Positions 54,513 through 64,000 of a DNA stretch of 64,000 nucleotides are shown here, in pieces (position 1 is the stretch's first letter; the number at the start of each line of letters is the position of its first letter). The DNA comes from an uncultured Alphaproteobacteria bacterium (GTDB taxonomy: Bacteria; Pseudomonadota; Alphaproteobacteria; UBA8366), in assembly GCA_963711215.1 (NCBI GenBank), contig CAVQDH010000014.1, positions 178,628-242,627 on the forward strand. Direction: 5' to 3'. The translations under genes and the position numbers were made by a program. The notes under the pieces are model-generated. The model saw only the letters and a program-made list of their open reading frames with translations. It did not search any database and was not told where the DNA came from.

Positions 54513-55394
54513 ATGTTCGAAGGATTCGAGACACGAGACCTGGATACCAGCGGCGCGCGGATTCATTTCGTGCATGGCGGCGAGGGGCCGCCGCTCCTGC
54601 TGCTGCACGGCAACCCGCTGACGCATGTCTCCTGGCACAAGATCGCCAACCAGCTTGCCGAGCGCTTCCATGTGGTGGCGCCCGACCTGCGCGGCTATGG
54701 CGACAGCTCGGCGCCGGACGCCGGACCCGACAACATCAACTTCTCCTTCCGGGCGATGGCGCAGGACCAGGTCGAGGTCATGGCGTCGCTCGGCTATGAC
54801 AAGTTCTTCGTCGCCGGCCACGACCGCGGCGCGCGCACCGCGCACCGCATGGCGCAGGACCATCCGGACAAGATCCTGAAGGCGGCCTTCATCGACGTCG
54901 CGCCGAGCTACCATGTCTGGACGCACACGACGAAGGGCTGGGCCAACAGCTCCTGGCACTGGACCTTCATGATCCAGGAGCCGGGTTTCCCGGAGCGCAT
55001 GATGGGCGCCGTGCCGGCCGACTGGTACATGGAGAAGAAGATCGGCAAGGCCGGGATCGGCCTGAAGCCCTTCACCAAGGAAGCCTTCGCCGAATACGTC
55101 CGCTGCTTCAACGAGAAGACGATCCGCGGCTCCTGCTGCGATTATCGGGCTTGCGCCACCTGCGACTTCGAGATGGACAAGGCCGACTTCGGCAAGGTCA
55201 AGGTGCAGTGTCCGGCGCTCGTGCTGTGGGGCGCGCAGAGCCACACCGGCAAGAATTACAGCGACCTGCTGCCGATCTGGAAGGATTACTGCGCCGGCAG
55301 CCTGACCGGCGGACCGCTCCAATCCGGCCATTACGTGCCCGAGCACGCGCCGGAGGAGACGCTGCGCTGGCTGCTCGATTTCTTCTCCGCCTGA
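54513..55394 (+). CDS. Alpha/beta hydrolase, fluoroacetate (haloacetate) dehalogenase-like
   Basis: GHDRGAR nucleophile elbow, FIDVAP, WHW, DYRA, SGHYVPE. Confidence 0.85.
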   Translation: MFEGFETRDLDTSGARIHFVHGGEGPPLLLLHGNPLTHVSWHKIANQLAERFHVVAPDLRGYGDSSAPDAGPDNINFSFRAMAQDQVEVMASLGYDKFFVAGHDRGARTAHRMAQDHPDKILKAAFIDVAPSYHVWTHTTKGWANSSWHWTFMIQEPGFPERMMGAVPADWYMEKKIGKAGIGLKPFTKEAFAEYVRCFNEKTIRGSCCDYRACATCDFEMDKADFGKVKVQCPALVLWGAQSHTGKNYSDLLPIWKDYCAGSLTGGPLQSGHYVPEHAPEETLRWLLDFFSA

Positions 55395-55459
55395 TCGTCC
55401 CCTGATCGCCGCGGCCCTGCCTGCCATTGTGGCAATGTGCTGGCAGGGCCGTTAATATA

Positions 55460-55476
55460 TGCCCAATCCTAAGGCA
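55460..55476. promoter_or_regulatory. NtrC-like palindrome upstream of amtB
   Basis: TGCC-CAATCCTAA-GGCA, 17 bp (TGC-N11-GCA), before nitrogen-regulated genes. Confidence 0.5.
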
Positions 55477-55582
55477 GTTCCTTAAAATCTGCCGGATCCG
55501 GACGCCTGCTATTTGATCATTCAAAGAAGCGGGCTGCCGGATTTTTGTTCTGAGCGATCAAGAAACGAGGGAAGGGGCTGTT

Positions 55583-57269
<1,687 letters not shown>

Positions 57270-57321
57270 GCGGTCGCGATCGCGCGGGCGGGCTTGACGG
57301 TGAGGATCGGGTGACGCGGCG

Positions 57322-57702
57322 ATGAAGCTGATCCTTGCCATCGCCGCGGGCGGCGCCGTCGGCGCCGTCGGACGGCACCTGGTGAACGTCCTGGTGCTGT
57401 CCTGGTTCGGCCCCAACTTCCCATGGGGCACCTTGACGGTGAATTTCGTCGGCTGCTTCCTGATGGGCGTGCTGGTGGAAACGTCCGCGCTCGTCTGGTC
57501 GCCACCCCCGGCGCTGCGGGCGATGATCGCCATCGGCTTTCTCGGCGCGCTGACGACCTTCTCGAGCTTCTCGCTCGACGTCGCGACCCTCTACGAGCGC
57601 GGCCAGCCGCTTATCGCCGCCGGCTATGTCCTGGCGTCGGTCGTGCTCTCGATCGGCGGCATCTTCTCGGCGCTCGCCCTGGTGCGCGCCCTTGTCACAT
57701 GA
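57322..57702 (+). CDS. crcB: Fluoride efflux channel Fluc/CrcB
   Basis: GGAVGAVGR, FPWGTLTVN, GFLGALTTFSSF. Confidence 0.95.
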   Translation: MKLILAIAAGGAVGAVGRHLVNVLVLSWFGPNFPWGTLTVNFVGCFLMGVLVETSALVWSPPPALRAMIAIGFLGALTTFSSFSLDVATLYERGQPLIAAGYVLASVVLSIGGIFSALALVRALVT

Positions 57703-57712
57703 GCGGCCGGCG

Positions 57713-58723
57713 ATGAGCGGCGTCGAGACGCGGGTGGTTGCACCCGGCGAGGCGGACATGCGTCTCGACCGCTGGTTTCGCCTGCATTTCCCGGATCTCG
57801 GCCATGGCCATCTGCAGAAGCTGCTGCGCACGGGGCAGGTGCGGGTCGACGGGCGCCGCGCCAAGGCCGGCGCGCGGCTCACGGCCGGCGCGGAGATCCG
57901 CGTGCCGCCCTTGAGCGCGCCTGCGGGGGAAGGCAAAGGCGAGCGCGGGCCGCCGGCAGGGCCCAGGCCGAAGGCGGCGCCGAGCGAGGCGGACACCGCC
58001 TTCATCCGCTCCCTCGTGCTGTACAAGGATGACGACGTCATCGCGATCGACAAGCCGCCCGGCCTCGCGGTCCAGGGCGGAACCGGGACGCGCCGCCATG
58101 TCGACGGCATGCTCGAAGGGCTGCGCTTCGACGCGCCCGAGGCGCCGCGCCTGGTGCATCGCCTCGACCGGGACACCAGCGGCGTCCTGCTGCTCGGCCG
58201 CAGCCGGGCGGCGGCTGCCGCGCTCGGCAAGGCCTTCAAGGGCCGCGACGTGCGCAAGCTCTACTGGGCGATCGTCGTCGGCGTGCCCGAGCCCCGGCAG
58301 GGCCGGATCGACCTGCCGGTCGCCAAGCTGCCGGGCAAGGCGGGCGAGAAGATGGCGGTCGACGAGGAGGACGGGCAGCGCGCGATCACCTACTACCGGG
58401 TCCTGGAGGTCGCGGGGCGGCGGCTGGCCTGGGTGGCGCTCTGGCCGCAGACCGGCCGGACGCACCAGCTCCGGGTGCATTGCGCGGCGCTCGGCTGGCC
58501 CATCCTGGGCGACGGCAAATACGGCGGGCAGGCGGCCTTCATCGCCGGGCACGGCCTCTCCCGCAAGCTGCACCTGCATGCCCGCGCGCTCAGCCTGCCG
58601 CACCCGGTAACCGGTGCGCCGCTTATTGTTCGCGCCCCCTTGCCGGACCATATGAGGGAGACGTGGAAGTTCTTCGGGTTCGATCCGGAGAATGCGGAAG
58701 ACCCCTTCGCCGAGCTACCCTGA
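57713..58723 (+). CDS. RluA-family pseudouridine synthase with S4 domain (RluC-like)
   Basis: RLDRW, KPPGLAVQGG, LVHRLDRDTSG, TGRTHQLRVH. Confidence 0.92.
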   Translation: MSGVETRVVAPGEADMRLDRWFRLHFPDLGHGHLQKLLRTGQVRVDGRRAKAGARLTAGAEIRVPPLSAPAGEGKGERGPPAGPRPKAAPSEADTAFIRSLVLYKDDDVIAIDKPPGLAVQGGTGTRRHVDGMLEGLRFDAPEAPRLVHRLDRDTSGVLLLGRSRAAAAALGKAFKGRDVRKLYWAIVVGVPEPRQGRIDLPVAKLPGKAGEKMAVDEEDGQRAITYYRVLEVAGRRLAWVALWPQTGRTHQLRVHCAALGWPILGDGKYGGQAAFIAGHGLSRKLHLHARALSLPHPVTGAPLIVRAPLPDHMRETWKFFGFDPENAEDPFAELP

Positions 58724-58782
58724 CGGCAGGACGGTCGTCTGTGGTATTGTGGCAGGCGCAATGAGGATTCCCGGGTGTGGTG

Positions 58783-59463
58783 ATGGTTGACGGTGCGAAC
58801 CGGCTCGCGGTGTTCGATTGCGACGGGACGCTGGTCGACAGCCAGCACATCATCGTGGCGTCGATGCAGCGCGCCTTCGCCGAGCACGGCCTTTCCGAGC
58901 CCGACCCCGCCGCGGTGCGCCGGCAAGTGGGGCTGCATGTCGTTGATGCGGTCTCGAACCTGCTGCCGGACGCGTCGCAAAAGATCATCGCGGCGATCGG
59001 CGACAGTTTCATCGATTTCGGCCGCGTCATCCGGGACGCGCAGGAACATGACGAGCTGCTGTTCCCCGGCGTGGTCGAGGTGCTGGAACAGCTTGCCGCG
59101 CGGGACGTTTTGCTTGCCGTTGCGACCGGCAAGTCGCGGCGCGGCCTCGATCGCACCCTGAAGGAGCACGGCCTGGGCGGGCATTTCATGATTCTGAAGA
59201 CGGCCGATGACGGACCGAGCAAGCCCAACCCCGGCATCCTGCTCGATGCCATCGTAGAGGCGGGGGCGTCGCCGCTGACCACCGTCATGATCGGCGACAC
59301 GGTCTTCGACGTCTCGATGGCGCGCAGCGCCGGCGCCTATGCGGTCGGGGTCGGCTGGGGCTATCACGAGCCGCGCGAGCTCGACGCCGCGGGCGCGCAC
59401 GCCATCCTCGATCATTTCAGCGATCTGCCGCCGACCCTCGACAAGTTATGGAGAGTGCCCTGA
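58783..59463 (+). CDS. HAD-IA family hydrolase (phosphoglycolate phosphatase-like)
   Basis: FDCDGTLVDS, ATGK, SKPNP, MIGDT. Confidence 0.92.
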   Translation: MVDGANRLAVFDCDGTLVDSQHIIVASMQRAFAEHGLSEPDPAAVRRQVGLHVVDAVSNLLPDASQKIIAAIGDSFIDFGRVIRDAQEHDELLFPGVVEVLEQLAARDVLLAVATGKSRRGLDRTLKEHGLGGHFMILKTADDGPSKPNPGILLDAIVEAGASPLTTVMIGDTVFDVSMARSAGAYAVGVGWGYHEPRELDAAGAHAILDHFSDLPPTLDKLWRVP

Positions 59464-61574
59464 TGCGTATTGGCAAGATACTGATCATCGTCGGCATCGC
59501 CGTCGTTGTCCTCATCGCGGGCGCGGTCGTCGTCCTGATGAGCATGGATTTCGACAAATACAAGCCGCAGATCGTCGCCGAGGTGAAGAAGGCGACCGGC
59601 CGCGACATGAAGATCGACGGCAAGCTCCATCTCAACCTCCTGACGCTGAGTCCGGGCCTGGCGGTCGACGGCGTCCATTTCGCCAACGCGTCCTGGGGCT
59701 CGCGGCCCGACATGGCGGTGATCAAGCGCTTTGAGGTCAAGGTCAGCCTGCTGCCGCTGATCCACGGCACGCTCGACGTCGACCGGGTGGTCATCGAGGG
59801 CGCGGACATCCTGATCGAGCGCAACGCCCAGGGGCAGGGCAACTACGAGTTCTCGACCGCCGCTGCGCCGGCGGCGCCCGCGTCCGCGCCCGCCAAGCCG
59901 GCGGAGGCCGCGAAGAGCGGCGCGAGCGGCGGCGGGATGCCCGCGCTCGCCGTGCGCGAGATCACGATCAAGGACTCGCGGCTGACCTACAAGGACGACA
60001 AGTCGAAACAGACGCTGGTGCTGGGCGTCGACAGCCTGGCGGTCGCGGCCGGCGCCGGCGATCCGCTGAAGATCGACCTGAAGGGCAGTTACAACGGCGA
60101 GCCCGTCACGGTGAAGGGCAGCATGGGCGCGCTCGCGGAGCTGATGCGGCCGACCAAGCCTTGGCCGGTGAAGATCGCGGTCGAGGCCGGCGGCGCCACC
60201 GTCGACGTCAACGGCACGATCGCCAATCCGGCGGCGGCCTCCGGCATCGACATCGCGCTCGCCGTGCAGGGCAAGGACCTGTCGAAGATGAGCAAGCTGG
60301 CGGGCGCCCCTGTGCCGCCGCTCGGCCCCTATTCGCTCAAGACCCGGGTGGTGGGCTCGGTCGACAAGACGATCGAGCTGCGCGATCTCGCGGCCCAGAT
60401 GGGCAAGAGCGCGCTCGCGGGCAAGGCTTCGGTGCAGCTCAAGAACCGGCCGGCGCTCACCGCGACGCTGACCTCGGACCTGATCAACACGGCCGATTTC
60501 AGCAAGCCGGGCGAAGGCGGTCAGAAGGCGGGCGGCGGCGGCAGCGCTCCCGCTGCCGGCGGAAAGGCCGGCGGCGCGCCGTCCGGCGGCGGCAAGCGGC
60601 TGTTCCCCGATGACCCGCTGCCCCTGGACGGGCTGAAGGCGGCGGACGCCACGGTCGACCTGACCGTGAAAAAGCTACTAGTAGATAAGCTGGCAGCCGA
60701 CAACCTCCACACCGTCGTCACGCTTCGCAACGGCGACCTTGCCGTCGCACCGCTCGACATGGACGTGGCGAAGGGCAAGATCAGCGGCACCGTGAAGCTC
60801 AATGCGTCGCAGGCGACGCCGGCGCTCGACCTGAAGCTGTCCGGCAAGAAGATCGACATCGGCACCTTGCTCGCCGACATGTCGATCACCGACCTGGTCT
60901 ACGGCGTGATCAACACCGATCTCGACGTGGCGGGGCACGGCAAGTCGGTGCATCAGATCATGGCGGGACTGAACGGCAAGACCAGCGTCCTGATGGGCCA
61001 GGGACGGATGAAGAGCAACGCCCTCGACCTCTATGTCGGCGGCGCGGCGACCGTGCTGACCCAGGCCGTCTTCGGCAAGAAAAGCGAGTACACCGTCATC
61101 AACTGCTTCGTGAACCAGTTCGACATCAAGAACGGCCTCGCGACCAGCAAGGCGATGCTGTTCGATACCGAATATGCGCAGATCACCGGTAAGGGCACGA
61201 TCGACCTCGGCACCGAGAAGATCAACTACACGGTCGATCCGAAGCCGAAGTCGGTGACCGTCAACACCGCCGTGCCGGTCGAGATCGGCGGCACGCTGGC
61301 GGATCCGAGCTTCCGGCTCAATCCCTTGGCGACGGCGGCCAAGGTCGGCGGGCTGATCGGCACCGTGCTCTTTCCGCCCGCCGCCGTCGTCGGCCTGGGC
61401 GAGCTTGGGGTCAGCGACAAGAGCTCCTGCGTACAGACGGGCAAGGGCGCTGCGCAGCCAAAGCAGGCGGCGCCGAAGAATCCGGTTGGCGCGGCCGAGA
61501 ACCTCGGCAAGCAGCTCGGCACGGACGTCAAGAAAAAGCTCGACAACACGCTCAAGGGACTGTTCGGTAAGTAA
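59463..61574 (+). CDS. AsmA-family protein
   Basis: N-terminal TM, YKPQI..V..ATGR, LLPLI.G; G.GTIDLGTE C-terminal beta repeats. Confidence 0.88.
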   Translation: MRIGKILIIVGIAVVVLIAGAVVVLMSMDFDKYKPQIVAEVKKATGRDMKIDGKLHLNLLTLSPGLAVDGVHFANASWGSRPDMAVIKRFEVKVSLLPLIHGTLDVDRVVIEGADILIERNAQGQGNYEFSTAAAPAAPASAPAKPAEAAKSGASGGGMPALAVREITIKDSRLTYKDDKSKQTLVLGVDSLAVAAGAGDPLKIDLKGSYNGEPVTVKGSMGALAELMRPTKPWPVKIAVEAGGATVDVNGTIANPAAASGIDIALAVQGKDLSKMSKLAGAPVPPLGPYSLKTRVVGSVDKTIELRDLAAQMGKSALAGKASVQLKNRPALTATLTSDLINTADFSKPGEGGQKAGGGGSAPAAGGKAGGAPSGGGKRLFPDDPLPLDGLKAADATVDLTVKKLLVDKLAADNLHTVVTLRNGDLAVAPLDMDVAKGKISGTVKLNASQATPALDLKLSGKKIDIGTLLADMSITDLVYGVINTDLDVAGHGKSVHQIMAGLNGKTSVLMGQGRMKSNALDLYVGGAATVLTQAVFGKKSEYTVINCFVNQFDIKNGLATSKAMLFDTEYAQITGKGTIDLGTEKINYTVDPKPKSVTVNTAVPVEIGGTLADPSFRLNPLATAAKVGGLIGTVLFPPAAVVGLGELGVSDKSSCVQTGKGAAQPKQAAPKNPVGAAENLGKQLGTDVKKKLDNTLKGLFGK

Positions 61575-62276
61575 TGGCAATCAAGCGATTTTACCGCCAG
61601 GTGGCGGTCGAGAGCGGCGAGGCGGGACATAGCGTCAGCCTGGACGGACGCTCCGTCCGCACGCCGGCCAAGGCGCCCTTGCTGCTGCCCACCCGCGCGC
61701 TGGCGGAGGCCATCGCCGCCGAATGGGACGCCCAGCAGGACGAGGTCCAGCCGCACACGATGCCGCATGATGCAGCTCGCCAGCACGGCGATCGACCGTG
61801 TCCTGCCGCGGCGGGACGCGGTGATCGCCGAGATCGCGAGCTACGCGGAGACCGACCTCCTGTGCTACCGCGCCGACGGGCCGACCCCCCTGGTGGCGCG
61901 CCAGGCGACGCAATGGCAGCCGGTGCTGGACTGGGCCGCCGATACCTTCGACGCGCCGCTGTCGGTGACGGAAGGCGTGATGCCGGTACCGCAGCCGCCG
62001 GCCGCGATCGCCGCCCTGCGCGCGGCCGTCGCCGACTGCGACGCTTTCGCGCTCGCCGCCGTCTACACGCTGACCGTGGTCAGCGGCTCGCTGGTCCTGG
62101 CGCTCGCCGTCCGGGACGGCGAGATGGACGCCAACCTGGCGTGCGACGTCAGCCATATCGACGAAGAGTGGCAGGCCTCGGAATGGGGCCGCGACCCCGT
62201 CGCGGAAAGCCGGCGCGACCGGGCGCGCGCCGAGATCCTGTCGGCGGCGGGTTTTCTGGCTCTCTTGCAGGGGTGA
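61574..62276 (+). CDS. ATP12 F1-ATPase chaperone family; +1 frameshift near 61766
   Basis: [20 protein letters not shown] / [31 protein letters not shown]; length 703 = 3n+1. Confidence 0.9.
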
Positions 62277-62319
62277 AGCCCGGGTGCTATGCGGGGCTGC
62301 GGCAGGCGGAGGCGCGGCG

Positions 62320-63853
<1,534 letters not shown>

Positions 63854-63868
63854 CAGTCGTCCGGCAGG

Positions 63869-64000
63869 ATGGCCCGGTCCATGCATGACAGCAGCCGGCG
63901 GGATGCGGATCGGGCCGCGGCGCGGGTGCGGGGACTGAAACGCCACCTGCTTGCCTATTTCGCGGTCATGGTCGTGCTGGTCCTGGTCAATCTGCTGGCC
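63869..64000 (+). CDS. 2TM-domain membrane protein, 3'-truncated by window edge
   Basis: ARVRGLKRHLLAYFAVMVVLVLVNLLA pattern. Confidence 0.6.
   Translation, partial: MARSMHDSSRRDADRAAARVRGLKRHLLAYFAVMVVLVLVNLLA

Overview
High-GC alphaproteobacterial chromosome segment; RpoB, RpoC and L23 features suggest a Rhodospirillales-like lineage (inference). Left ~18 kb is accessory and metabolic: PhyH-family fragment, amidohydrolase, enolase-superfamily enzyme, CoA transferase, crotonase, an exbB-exbD-exbD operon with an atypical TonB-like repeat protein, tRNA-Thr, threonine synthase, a secreted nucleosidase, several small secreted or Cys-rich orphans, and a duplicated promoter-leader-secreted peptide-hairpin cassette at 16.6-18.0 kb. 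19-51.4 kb is the core translation/transcription supercluster: tRNAs, tuf, secE-nusG, rplKAJL, rpoBC, str, S10, spc, secY-adk and alpha operons. The right end carries degP-like, rarA, a fluoroacetate-dehalogenase-like hydrolase, amtB-glnK, crcB, RluA, HAD, AsmA, ATP12 and pccB-like genes. About 15 single-base frameshifts, many in essential genes, indicate indel errors in the assembly, so several genes are reported as reconstructed across one frameshift. Best novelty candidates: (i) the paired secreted peptides with conserved ends, variable cores and a triplicated promoter/leader; (ii) the ExbBD-coupled TonB-like protein whose C-terminal domain is replaced by 31-aa repeats, preceded by a DPxxxxGIxGPxGP motif also found in those peptides; (iii) a hidden 8-Cys secreted peptide. 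All product calls come from motif recognition; no database searches were run.
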